The notes: generated from the letters alone by a model not told the origin. A stretch of 64,000 nt of DNA from a virus (IMGVR_UViG_3300031992_000079:12269-76268), one strand, 5' to 3'; positions 37,061 to 47,941 are shown, numbered from the stretch's first letter. Numbers and translations: made by a program.

Positions 37061-38630
37061 TGATTATCTTAATGAAGTCTCCTATAAAGTAGACCCTAAT
37101 TACAGACCTAGTGAGTTTGCTTTAGATTTCATTAACTTTATTAAACTGGTAAACAGAGATAAAGGTGGAGAAGAGAATAAAACTCCTATCATGCATTGTA
37201 GGATGTTAGACAGTTTTATTCATCCCGGTAATACCATAAATCTCTGCTATAGAGGCTCTGCTAAGTCTACAGTAATGGCAGAGTACTTAATCCTCTATCT
37301 TGCTGTATATGGTGAATTACCTGGCTTTGGTGATGTTACCTATATGCTCTATGTTACTGACTCAATGGACAATGGCGTTAAGTCCATGAGAGAGAACCTA
37401 GAGAGCAGATATAACAATTCTAAGTTCCTCCAAGAGTTTGTACCTAATGTAAAGATTACTGAGAATTACTGGCTCTTTACCAATGCTAAAGGGCATGTAT
37501 TAGCAGTTAATGGTTATGGTGCTAATACTGGTATTCGTGGTACTAAGAAACTCAATACAAGACCTCAGATAGCTATCCTAGATGACCTCTTATCTGATAA
37601 GGATGCTAAGTCTCCTACAGTATTAGGAGATATAGAGAATACTGTCTATAAGGCTGTATTCCATGCTCTGCACCCTAATCATAGAAAGGTTATATGGTGT
37701 GGTACTCCATTCAATAAGAAAGACCCTTTATACAAAGCAGTTGAGTCTGGTGCATGGAATGTAAACGTATTCCCTGTATGTGAGAAGTTTCCATGTTCCA
37801 GAGAAGAATTCAGAGGAGCATGGGAAGACAGATTCTCTTATGACTTTGTTAAAGAGCAGTATGACAATGCTATTAAGTCAGGAACCATACAAGCATTTAA
37901 CCAAGAGCTAATGCTTCGTATCATGAGTGATGAAGACAGACTTATTACTCCTACTGAAATCCAGTGGTATTCCTTAAAAGACTTAATGGCTAATAAGGAG
38001 AACTTCAACTATTACATTACTACTGACTTTGCTGTATCTGATAAAGAGAGTGCAGATTACTCAGTAATAACAGTATGGGCTTACTCCAATAATGGAGACT
38101 TCTACTGGGTAGATGGTATTGTTAAAAGACAAACCATTGATAAAACTATAGAAGATTTATTCACCTTTAACTCCTTATACAATCCTGTACAGATAGGTAT
38201 TGAGATAACAGGACAACAAGGAGGATTCATAGACATAATCCAGAAAGAGTGTTTCAGAAGAAATTCTTTCCTGAATATAGCTAGAGAGAAAGGTGCATCT
38301 AAACCAGGTATAAGACCTAATACCAATAAGTTTATTAGATTTAACAGTGTAGTACCTTGGTTTAAGTTACATAAATTCTACTTCCCTGAAGAACTCATGG
38401 AAGACAGTAGAATAAGAGAATTTATAGAAGAAATAACTCTCGTATCTCCTTCTGGTTTCTTATCCAGACATGATGACTGCTTAGATACTATATCTATGCT
38501 GTCTAAGATGAATCTATGGAAACCAAGTACTCCTACTACATTCAGGGTAGATGAGAATAATATCTATTCTATAAGGGAATATGTGGATAACAGTACTGAA
38601 GAGTCCAGATACGCTTCATACATAATCTAG
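37038..38630 (+). CDS. terL: Terminase large subunit (N4 gp68-like)
   Basis: Walker A-like YRGSAKST, Walker B ILDD, RNase H-like nuclease TTDFA...D and HDDCLD. Confidence 0.93.
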   Translation: MLNMKSVDDYLNEVSYKVDPNYRPSEFALDFINFIKLVNRDKGGEENKTPIMHCRMLDSFIHPGNTINLCYRGSAKSTVMAEYLILYLAVYGELPGFGDVTYMLYVTDSMDNGVKSMRENLESRYNNSKFLQEFVPNVKITENYWLFTNAKGHVLAVNGYGANTGIRGTKKLNTRPQIAILDDLLSDKDAKSPTVLGDIENTVYKAVFHALHPNHRKVIWCGTPFNKKDPLYKAVESGAWNVNVFPVCEKFPCSREEFRGAWEDRFSYDFVKEQYDNAIKSGTIQAFNQELMLRIMSDEDRLITPTEIQWYSLKDLMANKENFNYYITTDFAVSDKESADYSVITVWAYSNNGDFYWVDGIVKRQTIDKTIEDLFTFNSLYNPVQIGIEITGQQGGFIDIIQKECFRRNSFLNIAREKGASKPGIRPNTNKFIRFNSVVPWFKLHKFYFPEELMEDSRIREFIEEITLVSPSGFLSRHDDCLDTISMLSKMNLWKPSTPTTFRVDENNIYSIREYVDNSTEESRYASYII

Positions 38631-38637
38631 GAGATAT

Positions 38638-39324
38638 ATGCAATTACAACAAGTAATAGATACTGTTAAGTATGGTGAACTTACCAATATCTCATGGAAA
38701 GCAGAAGACAGAATACCTGCTTTAATCTCTTTCCTTAATCAAGCTCTTACAGACCTGTATAGTAAGTTTCCTCTAATGGAGAAGCAGATAACTATACAGC
38801 AGTATCCTCAAATCTCAATTTATCTGCTTACCAGAGACTTTGCCAGAACTAACTTTAAATCAGAAGAGTTACACAAGTACATACTTGATACTCCTTTTGA
38901 ACCCTTTAAGGATGACATACTTCAGATAACTGGTACTTATGATGAGTATGGACATCCTATTCCTCTTAATGATGACCATAATCCTCACTCCTGGTTTCTT
39001 ACTTCATATAACACTATACAGATACCTAATGCTAATGAGAATGAAGTATCTCTGGTTACTTACAAAGCCAAGCATAGATATATTAAGCCAGATACAGAAG
39101 ATATGGAACAAGAGGTATTCTTACCTCCTTGTTTAGAAGAAGCTTTATTTACATACATAGCATATAAGTGTTTAGTATCTATGGGTTCTCAGGATACTCA
39201 GGCACAAGCACAATTTTATTTGCAAAAGTATGACCAGCTATGCAATACAGTACGGGAATTAAATACACTGGGTAACTATGTAGCACCTAGCAATATCAAG
39301 TTATTAAGAAGGGGGTACAAGTAA
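38638..39324 (+). CDS. Head-tail adaptor (N4 gp67-like)
   Basis: 228 aa; YGEL, LNQAL.DLY.KF.L.EKQ..I and PLND motifs; follows TerL as in N4. Confidence 0.7.
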   Translation: MQLQQVIDTVKYGELTNISWKAEDRIPALISFLNQALTDLYSKFPLMEKQITIQQYPQISIYLLTRDFARTNFKSEELHKYILDTPFEPFKDDILQITGTYDEYGHPIPLNDDHNPHSWFLTSYNTIQIPNANENEVSLVTYKAKHRYIKPDTEDMEQEVFLPPCLEEALFTYIAYKCLVSMGSQDTQAQAQFYLQKYDQLCNTVRELNTLGNYVAPSNIKLLRRGYK

Positions 39325-40610
39325 TGTTACATCCTATGCATGCACCTCTCTTATGTCAGCATCAAGCCAATAGTGCATATGATAAGCTTGCTGTCATAAG
39401 TGAGAATATAGTTAAGCTTCAAGAACTGGAGCAATTTGTATTTGAGCTTAAGCAGTGGCTTAGAGCTTATATGGAAAGACTGAAGGGTGAGTATGATGAC
39501 AGCATTCAAGACCTTCTTGCTGGTGATAATGTCTGGACTGGTAACAATACCTATACTCAGAATATAAGCCTTAATGGTGGTGATATTTACTGGAAGGATG
39601 ACCAAGGTAATACATTAGCTTGGGTTACTTATGACCCTGTAAACCAGTTACTTACATTCCATGCTGGAAATAAAGAAATCACCTTAACCACTACTGGTGC
39701 TACAGCACCTACTACAAATCCTGCTATTACTACTGCTATTGTTACTCTGGATTATCTTACTAATGCTCTAGCAGCTTTAAGACAAAGTATTATCAATGAA
39801 CTTTCTCTTACCTTTGACACAACTCCTACAAACGGTAGTACTAATCCTGTTACTAGTGATGGTATATACGATGCAATAGAAGCATCTAAGATTATCTTGG
39901 ATTCTACTGTTACTGCTAATTCTCAGCATGGAGTTACCAGTAAAGGTATCTATGACTTTGTTACTAATGCCATATCTGGTATTGATTTCCCTGAAACTAC
40001 TTTTCCTATAGCTTCTAAAAGCCAGAAAGGTATTATGCAAGTAGGTGATTATCTTACTGTAGATAATGGTTTAGTCAGTGTAGATATAGATGCTATTAAG
40101 TCTTATTTAGGACTTACTTCCTTTACTGAGGAAGATGTTGATTATGTAAGTACTGGTTTTGAATGGCTTCGTGCTGCTGGATGGGAGTCAAGTAATACAT
40201 CTGTACTTGGTAATTGTTTAGGTGCAGGTAATGTTTTCTTAGAGCCTCATTTTGATATTAGTGTTTCTGCTAATGGAGAATATAGCCTTAATAAGAATTG
40301 GGGTACTACAAGTAAGCCTCTCTACAGAGATGCTGTAGATATAGGAACTAGAATCTACTGTAGAAATACTACTACCCAAGTGACTAAGAGCTATATTCCT
40401 CTTAGAACTGTTATTGTTTATAACGGTACTAGATACTCTGGTGGTGGTACTGAACCAGGTGGAATATATTGGAAAGATGTTCAGATAAGAGCATGGTTCA
40501 AAGCATATGACTATACTCTTACAGCAGAAGATAAAGCTGCTATCAATGCTGATGCAGATGCTTTTGCAGCATCATTACAATTAGGCTATGACACAGGAGC
40601 TATATCATGA
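39324..40610 (+). CDS. Tail-associated protein with an N4-type N-terminal anchor
   Basis: 428 aa; NSAYDKL start module and two D.TPT.GS.NPVTS.GIY repeats. Confidence 0.6.
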   Translation: MLHPMHAPLLCQHQANSAYDKLAVISENIVKLQELEQFVFELKQWLRAYMERLKGEYDDSIQDLLAGDNVWTGNNTYTQNISLNGGDIYWKDDQGNTLAWVTYDPVNQLLTFHAGNKEITLTTTGATAPTTNPAITTAIVTLDYLTNALAALRQSIINELSLTFDTTPTNGSTNPVTSDGIYDAIEASKIILDSTVTANSQHGVTSKGIYDFVTNAISGIDFPETTFPIASKSQKGIMQVGDYLTVDNGLVSVDIDAIKSYLGLTSFTEEDVDYVSTGFEWLRAAGWESSNTSVLGNCLGAGNVFLEPHFDISVSANGEYSLNKNWGTTSKPLYRDAVDIGTRIYCRNTTTQVTKSYIPLRTVIVYNGTRYSGGGTEPGGIYWKDVQIRAWFKAYDYTLTAEDKAAINADADAFAASLQLGYDTGAIS

Positions 40611-41530
40611 TTCATGCACAAGCATTCTTTGATGATATGCTTAGGCAATATCCTAAGCTTAATTCTCCTGCTGTAATAGATGCTCTTTATACCTTTACTC
40701 ATGAACTAATAAGGAAGAGTAATACAGCATTAAATACAGTACCTTCTGAAGATACAGAAACCAGAGCACTTACCTTCAAAGATAAGAATGATACAGAGAT
40801 AGCTCATATATCCTTTACTCAATATGCTAATGCCAATATAGGCATTAATTTTGTTTTAGGGGAGCATACTTTTACTATCAAGGTATCTGATGAAGGACAT
40901 ATTGATTTAAGAAGTTCTTATCCTCTATGTGGTTTCTCTCAGGTAAGTGATGAAGTAGCTACTACAGAATATGTAATACGTTGTGCAGAGCACTATGATG
41001 CTATCTTAGAGAATGCTCTTAAAGAGTATGTAGCAGAAGCAACTAATGATTTAGAGGATGAATTAAAACAGTATTCTGATGAGAAAGATGCTGCTCTTAA
41101 AGTTGATTTAAAAGCTTATATAGATGTTTCTATAGCTGCTCTTAGACGTGAGTTTACTTCATGGAAAGAAGAGATGCTTGGCATTATTGATAATGCTATC
41201 GAAGAGCTTAATGCTTCCATAGCAACATCAATAACACCTAAGATTGGTAAGTATAAGATAGTTAAATCCAGTGAAGATGGAATAGATAGCTATACCTATA
41301 CTGCTTCTACCAGTGGTTTTCTTATGTTCTTTGCTCGTGGCAGATATACTGCTTCATTAGAGATAGGAGATAAAGAAATAACTGATGACTTTGTTGGTTC
41401 AGATGGATATGGCAGAAGAAGGAGACCTGTATTACTTCCTGTATCATCTGGTTCTGAATACAAGCTTACTAACATATGTGGGCCAGTTATATTCTTCCCT
41501 TTAGAAGTTAAGATTAACAGAGGTAGTTAA
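40607..41530 (+). CDS. Tail-associated protein
   Basis: 307 aa; central coiled coil and a C-terminal beta-rich domain. Confidence 0.55.
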   Translation: MIHAQAFFDDMLRQYPKLNSPAVIDALYTFTHELIRKSNTALNTVPSEDTETRALTFKDKNDTEIAHISFTQYANANIGINFVLGEHTFTIKVSDEGHIDLRSSYPLCGFSQVSDEVATTEYVIRCAEHYDAILENALKEYVAEATNDLEDELKQYSDEKDAALKVDLKAYIDVSIAALRREFTSWKEEMLGIIDNAIEELNASIATSITPKIGKYKIVKSSEDGIDSYTYTASTSGFLMFFARGRYTASLEIGDKEITDDFVGSDGYGRRRRPVLLPVSSGSEYKLTNICGPVIFFPLEVKINRGS

Positions 41531-41531
41531 T

Positions 41532-42059
41532 ATGTCTTTCTTTCCTCGTACACTTGCAAGACCAGATAGAAACTCTAATAGTGCTTTTGAAAAGCTTAAG
41601 TTTGTAGAAGAGCACTATCAGGAATTGATGGCTGCTTATCAGGATATTATGGCTCATCTTAAGTTAGTAGGTGATGGTAATAATGATGAGCCTGTAGAAC
41701 TACCAGATAACATAGTATTTTATGATCCTGATAGTTTAAGTGATGCTTATCCTTCTAGTGTTCCTAATTGGAACCAGATTACAGGTAAACCGTATGAAAC
41801 TCTTCATACAGGAGCATCTCTCTTAATAAATGAAGAACCTTATCATTTACCTAAGGGTATTCTCTACTTAACTACTGAGCAATCTAATTACAATACCTAT
41901 CATTTGGTAAGCAGTGATGGTTCTGTGCTATTTAATGTAGATGAATTAATCACATCTAAAATGGTAGGTAATGAAGCCAGTAAGATACCAGTCTATACTG
42001 ATGATGGTCACTTAAAGCTTCCTGATGGTACTGAACTATGGTGTGAAGATGCCGAGTAA
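41532..42059 (+). CDS. Tail-associated protein
   Basis: 175 aa; NSAFEKL anchor module and W.QITGKP motif. Confidence 0.55.
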   Translation: MSFFPRTLARPDRNSNSAFEKLKFVEEHYQELMAAYQDIMAHLKLVGDGNNDEPVELPDNIVFYDPDSLSDAYPSSVPNWNQITGKPYETLHTGASLLINEEPYHLPKGILYLTTEQSNYNTYHLVSSDGSVLFNVDELITSKMVGNEASKIPVYTDDGHLKLPDGTELWCEDAE

Positions 42060-43104
42060 CTATATCAATGTACATGTAGGTAATGAGGTATGCAGAGCTT
42101 ATTCTGTACTACCTGATGCACCAGAATCAAAAGGAATACTTGATTGGGAAGTTGTAGCTAATACTCCTTTTACTTCAACTAATAATAGAACACCTCTTTA
42201 TATTAATGTTCCCTTACAAGGAGTATCTAATTCAACAGTACGTTTAAGACTAAACTGGACTATGTTTAGTGGTGCATACATTCCAGAAATTGGCTATGTA
42301 AATGATGATATTTCAGAAAAGATATTTGAAATAGCTTATGATGAAGATATAGGAGAATATGCTTTAATACACTCTAAGCTACTTACTAATGCAGGATATA
42401 GTACGTATTTTGATATTAGAGCACTAAATGCTGATGTATGGGGATTCACTTCTGAATATGATACCTTAACTGTAGAATACAAATTTAAAATAACTAATAT
42501 GTATGCTAATAGGTATGACCCTACTACTCCTGCTAAATGTGTTGAATTAATTAATTTTGACCATACAAGCGATCCCACTGATAATGCTAATTCTTCAAAT
42601 ATTTATTTATATCCAGATGGGCATATAGCAAGTTGGAGTAATAGTACTATTTGTAAAACTGAAACACAGTATGCTGAGAACTTCACTCTTGAAGCTAATA
42701 CTGTGTATAAAGTAACTATTATAGTTACTCGTGGTACAACTCAAGTGCCTTTTGACCAATATAACAATACTTATCCAGTTACTTATGAAATCTACATAAA
42801 TAATACTTTATTTTATACTGGATATATTCCAAAAGTGCATACAGTAAATACTTTAGAAGAAGGGAGTTTTTATTTTAGTCCCGATTCTTATGAAGGTAAT
42901 TTGATTAAAAACATAGGTAGTATAAAAGCTTATTGGGGTAGACCAGGATTACCACCTTTTAAAAAGATTTCATTATCAAGAAATGGAACAAATTACTACT
43001 TATTAGCTTCTAATCAAGGTGCTTATCCTTCAGAAAGATTTAAAGCCAAGATAGATGGTATTACCTATCCTGTATTACTAAAACATGATTTAGATACGGA
43101 GTAG
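42025..43104 (+). CDS. Putative receptor-binding/tail tip protein (start may be 42049)
   Basis: 359 aa, Y/N/T-rich beta-sandwich composition; tail-fibre-like C-terminus. Confidence 0.5.
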   Translation: MVLNYGVKMPSNYINVHVGNEVCRAYSVLPDAPESKGILDWEVVANTPFTSTNNRTPLYINVPLQGVSNSTVRLRLNWTMFSGAYIPEIGYVNDDISEKIFEIAYDEDIGEYALIHSKLLTNAGYSTYFDIRALNADVWGFTSEYDTLTVEYKFKITNMYANRYDPTTPAKCVELINFDHTSDPTDNANSSNIYLYPDGHIASWSNSTICKTETQYAENFTLEANTVYKVTIIVTRGTTQVPFDQYNNTYPVTYEIYINNTLFYTGYIPKVHTVNTLEEGSFYFSPDSYEGNLIKNIGSIKAYWGRPGLPPFKKISLSRNGTNYYLLASNQGAYPSERFKAKIDGITYPVLLKHDLDTE

Positions 43105-43106
43105 TT

Positions 43107-43949
43107 GTGAATAAGACTATATACTTTAAGAGAGATGCAGGTATAGATGATATACCCTGTATCTATGCTTGGACTCCTTCATATGACTGGAGTATTAATT
43201 ATCCAGGTGTAGCTATGGAACAGGAGTCTACTATCTGGTTTAAGTACACTATAAACAATGCTCCTGATACTGAATGGTATTTTGCATTCTGTTACTTAAA
43301 CCAGAGTACCAATATAGAAGGAGATCATCTAGTAACTACTTCTGATACAGAATACTTAGACTCTTCCTACAATGATGTATCTTCTGAATATGTATCTGTA
43401 ACTCCTCCTGTTATAGATACACCTACTATCCCTCCTTCTGAAGAAGAATCTACCATAATATCTAAAGCAGGTCCTGTCTATCTGGTTTGTTTCAAAGGAA
43501 CAAACATTAAGAGGTCTATCTTTGATAGGCTTGTTCGTATCTTTACTAAGACTAAGTACACTCATGTTGGTTTAACATCTAATCCAGAAGGAGAAACAAT
43601 TACTTACTATGCGGCTAGATATGATGGCGGAGTTAATACTTATACTGAGTCTGCTAGTGATGTGGATTTGTATCTTATCCATTTGAAGAATGGTGTAGGT
43701 ATCAATGAGTTCTACAATGCTACTAAAGGACAGTATGGTTCCTTTGTTAAAGACATTAACAGATGGGACTTAGCAAATACTCCTATAAGTCATTTTGACT
43801 TAATGAAGACTGCTAGAGATTACTGGAGACATCCTGATAAAAGTGAACCAGGATGGGGTAGTGTAGAATGGACTGCTGCTGCTCTTCATCTTGGTTTACC
43901 TCATAGATATACCATAGATAAGCTTATTGAATTTGCCAATATGGAATAA
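43107..43949 (+). CDS. Tail-region protein with a C-terminal permuted papain-like (YiiX/NlpC-P60-like) domain
   Basis: VYLVCFKG...DRLVR..T...YTHVG...YDGGV...F...T.GQYG...SVEWTAAAL matches the permuted papain layout. Confidence 0.55.
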   Translation: MNKTIYFKRDAGIDDIPCIYAWTPSYDWSINYPGVAMEQESTIWFKYTINNAPDTEWYFAFCYLNQSTNIEGDHLVTTSDTEYLDSSYNDVSSEYVSVTPPVIDTPTIPPSEEESTIISKAGPVYLVCFKGTNIKRSIFDRLVRIFTKTKYTHVGLTSNPEGETITYYAARYDGGVNTYTESASDVDLYLIHLKNGVGINEFYNATKGQYGSFVKDINRWDLANTPISHFDLMKTARDYWRHPDKSEPGWGSVEWTAAALHLGLPHRYTIDKLIEFANME

Positions 43950-43951
43950 GT

Positions 43952-44851
43952 ATGGCAGTAAGAGTATCTACTCTTGGTAAGAGTGCAATAATCAACAGAC
44001 AGCTAAACTCTGCTTATGACATAGTAGAGTTTGTTGCTGATAATCTTCCTTTGCTTATAGAGTCCTGTCATAAGATACAGCTCATAGCCAATATAGACTA
44101 TGTTAAAGACCATGTAGACAGGACTGATATACATCTGTCTGAACAAGACAGACAGAGGATAGAAACACTCTTAAACCAAGAGAATGTACAGCAATCTGTA
44201 TATGCCTCAGAAGTGGCTCAGATTCACTCTATTTTGAATGAATTGAGTGAAGCAATAGGATTATACTCTGAGCATATTTCCAATCAAAATATACACGTTT
44301 CTGATGAGGATAGAGAGCTTCTTACAAGGCTTGCTACTGCTCCTGAAGTAATAAGCCAGTTACAGGAAGTAACAAGCAATCATACAGAAGCAATAAACAC
44401 ATTACAGCAACAGGTAACTGGTATCTTAAGTGATGAGTTATCTGATGTTGCTTACTCTGGTTCTTATAATGATTTAACAGATAAGCCAGTAATAGACAAT
44501 GCTTTATCAGATGAGTCTGTTAATGCAGTACAGAATAAAGTACTTACTCAGGCTTTAGGAGAGAAAGCCAGTACAAGAGCATTAAAGCAAGTAGCATTTA
44601 CTGGCTCATTTAATGACTTAAGTAATAAGCCAGTGATAGATAACAGAGTTACATCTACTGGTACTAATGCTGTATCTGGTAAAGCAGTATATGACTTAAT
44701 AGGTGATTTAACTGATGGGAGTATAGCTTCTATTACTTTTGAGAATGGTACTGCTTATATAACTCACTTAGATGGTACTGTTACTACAGAGACATATGTC
44801 TATACAGACAGAATCTCTGAAGATGAAATAGATGCACTATTTCAAGAATAA
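43952..44851 (+). CDS. Tail fibre-associated protein
   Basis: 299 aa; NSAYDIV anchor; two H...DIH.S..DR repeats; two VA.SGSYNDL..KP repeats; ends EIDALF. Confidence 0.65.
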   Translation: MAVRVSTLGKSAIINRQLNSAYDIVEFVADNLPLLIESCHKIQLIANIDYVKDHVDRTDIHLSEQDRQRIETLLNQENVQQSVYASEVAQIHSILNELSEAIGLYSEHISNQNIHVSDEDRELLTRLATAPEVISQLQEVTSNHTEAINTLQQQVTGILSDELSDVAYSGSYNDLTDKPVIDNALSDESVNAVQNKVLTQALGEKASTRALKQVAFTGSFNDLSNKPVIDNRVTSTGTNAVSGKAVYDLIGDLTDGSIASITFENGTAYITHLDGTVTTETYVYTDRISEDEIDALFQE

Positions 44852-44893
44852 TTTCTCTGGTTTTATACACTTTTTCAAGATTAGGAGATACCT

Positions 44894-45304
44894 ATGGCAT
44901 TGAAGTTCTTAGACTTAACTGGTTTAACCTACTTCAAGAGTAAGTTAAATATCCCTTCTACAAGTGATATTCAAGCACTGATAAATACTGCTCTAGCAGA
45001 CTATACTACCAGTGTAGATATTTTTACTGTAGTAAGTACCTTACCTGCTTCTGGTGTAGAGGGTAGAGGTTATTTTGTACCTAATGCTAATGATAGTACC
45101 AAGTATGATTTATATACTTGGGAAAATAATGCTTGGGTATCTAGTCCTGGAGGTAGTATTACTATTACTATAGATGCTACTCCTACACAGGGTAGTTCTA
45201 ATGCTGTATCCAGTGGAGGTGTATATACTGCATTACAGGGTAAGCTGAATACCACTGATTTAGTTGCTATTACCAACTCTGAGATTGATAATCTGTTCGT
45301 CTGA
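44894..45304 (+). CDS. Tail fibre adaptor-like protein
   Basis: 136 aa; starts KFLDLTGL, contains DATPTQGSSNAVSSGGVY, ends EIDNLF. Confidence 0.6.
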   Translation: MALKFLDLTGLTYFKSKLNIPSTSDIQALINTALADYTTSVDIFTVVSTLPASGVEGRGYFVPNANDSTKYDLYTWENNAWVSSPGGSITITIDATPTQGSSNAVSSGGVYTALQGKLNTTDLVAITNSEIDNLFV

Positions 45305-45311
45305 GGTATAA

Positions 45312-47465
45312 ATGTCTCTGAAGTACTTAAATCTCACCGGGCTATCCCGTGTGATTACAAATCTCAAAAACTGGGTAGTATCTCAGATACCCACTAAGAC
45401 TTCAGAGATTACCAATGATTCTGGATTTATCAATAATACTGATAACTGCGTACATAAGACTGGTGATGAAACTGTAGCAGGAGAGAAGACTTTTACAGCA
45501 GATACTTATATTACATCTGCTAGTAGAAAGTATCTTCAAATTAAGAATACTTCTTGGGACTTAGGACAGGCTACTCCTTCTAGTGACAAAGAATTTGGAG
45601 GTATATGCTTTAAGGATAAAGATAACCAGAATGCTTCATACATCATTACTTATGAATATGCTTCTGGGTATGGTTGTTTAAGACTACTTTACAGAACCAA
45701 GTTCTCTAATGGAGAAAAGAGCACTTCTGGCAGTAATGTTGATTCTCAATTTACTATAGGAATTATGCCAGATGGTAAAGTATATTGTGGTACTAATGGC
45801 TATTGGCATACTAATTTAATTCCTACTGTAAATAACAGCATTACTTTAGGAAATTCTACATATAGATGGAAAGCTGTATATGCTAATTCTTACTATCTAG
45901 GTAATACTGCTTTTGGAGATATAGTTACTCACAATGCTAGTGAATTTCTTACTTCTCACCAAACAGTATCTAATTCTGCTCCTACACTAGCATGGGGAGC
46001 TACTGCTACTATAGGTACTATAGGAGGTACTGCTCTTACCGTTAAGATGCCTGCTAATCCTAATACCAATACAACCTATAGTGCTGGTACTGGATTAAGT
46101 TTAAGTGGAACTACTTTCTCATTAGCACTTACTAAAGCTTTAGTTACTGATGCTTTAGGATATACTCCACCTACTACAGATACTAATACTGATACTAAAG
46201 TTACTCAGACTGCTACTACAGGAGATTCTTTCTATCCTGTATTAGCAACTACTACAGCTAATGCGCTTACTACAGAAACAAACACAGCAAGGTTTAACCC
46301 TAGATTTTTGATGAATACAAGATATGGGTATCTTGTTAGTGTTGCCTATAATTCAGATAACTTAAAAGGTGCTACAGCAGGTGGTACTAGAAGTACTGGA
46401 GGTATGTGGTGGCAATCTTATGATAATGCTGAAGTAGGTAGAATATGGAATCATGTAACTAAAGATGGAACTAGAGAAACCTATATAAGAGTAACTAGTT
46501 ACATCACTAATGGGACACTTGCAACAGATGGTACTGCTGTAAATGCTTATTTATCTGTAGGTATTTTACCTACAGGTGCTAAAAGGATAGCCACTGATGC
46601 AGATTGGGCATGCAATCTAACCCCTATTACAACTAATACTTATACTCTAGGTACTTCATCTCTTTACTGGAAAGCTGCTTATGTAATCACTCAGTATATG
46701 GGTGGAGATATTGTATTCAATGGTACCTATAATCTCAGGTCTAATGCAGATAATTCTTATGTAAGGATACAGGGTGGAAGTGGCGAAGGTAAGGGAAGCA
46801 GAATAATACTATCTGGTAAAACCAGAAGTGGTTTACAAGGATATGCTGAAATAGTTGCTACTGATGGTACTAACACCAATACCTTTACAGTTAAACCAAA
46901 TGGAGAAACTCTGGTTAATGGTAATAATCTTGCTGCTACCATAATTAAAGGTTTATCCATAAGTGGCAAAACTATTACCTATACTCAAATCAATGGAAGT
47001 ACAGGTACTCTAACTACTCAGGATACAGTCTATACTCACCCTACTAGTGCTGGTAATAAGCATATTCCTAGTGGGGGTAGCAGTGGGCAGATATTGAAGT
47101 ATTCTTCTAGTGGTACTGCTGCATGGGCTGATACAGATTTTGCTAGAACAATGGCTCAAATAGCTACTAGAACTTCTGTGAGTAATGGTACTTGGACTAT
47201 TACCAGTGAGGACCATCAGTTAATAATGATTGTTATTCATGTTACAGGTACATCTGCATCAACAACACATAAAGTTAGTGTAACACTTTCTAGTGGAGCA
47301 GATGCTCTAGTACCTAATACTGCAAGTTTAGTTGCTTTAAGCTCTACATCAAGTGGTATTTATAATTCTTATTATTGCTTACTCTGGACTACATCAACTT
47401 CTGTAAAAATTACTATTAGTAATGTAACAGCGTTAAACTCCCTCAGTCTTACAGCATATCAGTAA
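45312..47465 (+). CDS. Tail fibre protein
   Basis: 717 aa, Thr/Gly-rich; starts KYLNLTGL; an ~95-aa module ending NL.P..N.....LG.S...WKA.Y occurs twice. Confidence 0.8.
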   Translation: MSLKYLNLTGLSRVITNLKNWVVSQIPTKTSEITNDSGFINNTDNCVHKTGDETVAGEKTFTADTYITSASRKYLQIKNTSWDLGQATPSSDKEFGGICFKDKDNQNASYIITYEYASGYGCLRLLYRTKFSNGEKSTSGSNVDSQFTIGIMPDGKVYCGTNGYWHTNLIPTVNNSITLGNSTYRWKAVYANSYYLGNTAFGDIVTHNASEFLTSHQTVSNSAPTLAWGATATIGTIGGTALTVKMPANPNTNTTYSAGTGLSLSGTTFSLALTKALVTDALGYTPPTTDTNTDTKVTQTATTGDSFYPVLATTTANALTTETNTARFNPRFLMNTRYGYLVSVAYNSDNLKGATAGGTRSTGGMWWQSYDNAEVGRIWNHVTKDGTRETYIRVTSYITNGTLATDGTAVNAYLSVGILPTGAKRIATDADWACNLTPITTNTYTLGTSSLYWKAAYVITQYMGGDIVFNGTYNLRSNADNSYVRIQGGSGEGKGSRIILSGKTRSGLQGYAEIVATDGTNTNTFTVKPNGETLVNGNNLAATIIKGLSISGKTITYTQINGSTGTLTTQDTVYTHPTSAGNKHIPSGGSSGQILKYSSSGTAAWADTDFARTMAQIATRTSVSNGTWTITSEDHQLIMIVIHVTGTSASTTHKVSVTLSSGADALVPNTASLVALSSTSSGIYNSYYCLLWTTSTSVKITISNVTALNSLSLTAYQ

Positions 47466-47467
47466 TT

Positions 47468-47941
47468 ATGATTAGACTATTTCTCTATGACTCCACTTGG
47501 TTTAATGTGGATAATGAAACAGATGCTCAGAACCTCCTAGATAAGGGAGCAGTTGAATATACCTCTGACCAGATTAGAGGTGTAGAAGGTAATGAAACAT
47601 GGGTAAGTAATGACACCATGTTTCAGGATGAGCAAGGTTGGTATTTCCATAAGGAAGAGCCAGTAGTTACTCCTGCACAGCGTATCAAAGAAATACAGGA
47701 TGCAGTACAGAATCTGCTAGATACCAAGGCACAGGAGAAGATGTATGACAATGGCTTTGCTGTCTGCTCCTATGCTACTTCCACTGATGAAACCTTCAGA
47801 AATGAAGCACAGGCTTTTATTGAGTGGAGAGATAAGTGCTGGAGAAAGTGCTATGAAATCCTAGCCCAGTTTGAGTATGGTGAGATTGAAATGCCTAGTG
47901 TTGAGTATGTTATGAGTCAGTTACCTGTCTTGGAGTGGTAA
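47468..47941 (+). CDS. Tail fibre assembly chaperone-like protein
   Basis: 157 aa; LD.KAQE..YD....CSYA.S...F..EA.A...WRD..W..CY...LP...W pattern after the fibre gene. Confidence 0.7.
   Translation: MIRLFLYDSTWFNVDNETDAQNLLDKGAVEYTSDQIRGVEGNETWVSNDTMFQDEQGWYFHKEEPVVTPAQRIKEIQDAVQNLLDTKAQEKMYDNGFAVCSYATSTDETFRNEAQAFIEWRDKCWRKCYEILAQFEYGEIEMPSVEYVMSQLPVLEW

Noticed and set aside
6196-38326. Numerous - strand ORFs opposite the portal, capsid, vRNAP and terminase genes
   Set aside because: Typical antisense shadows of biased codons, with no RBS and no recognisable motifs.
45312-47465. Diversity-generating retroelement or invertible tail cassette
   Set aside because: No reverse transcriptase or invertase in the window, and the fibre repeats are diverged at the DNA level, unlike a TR/VR pair.
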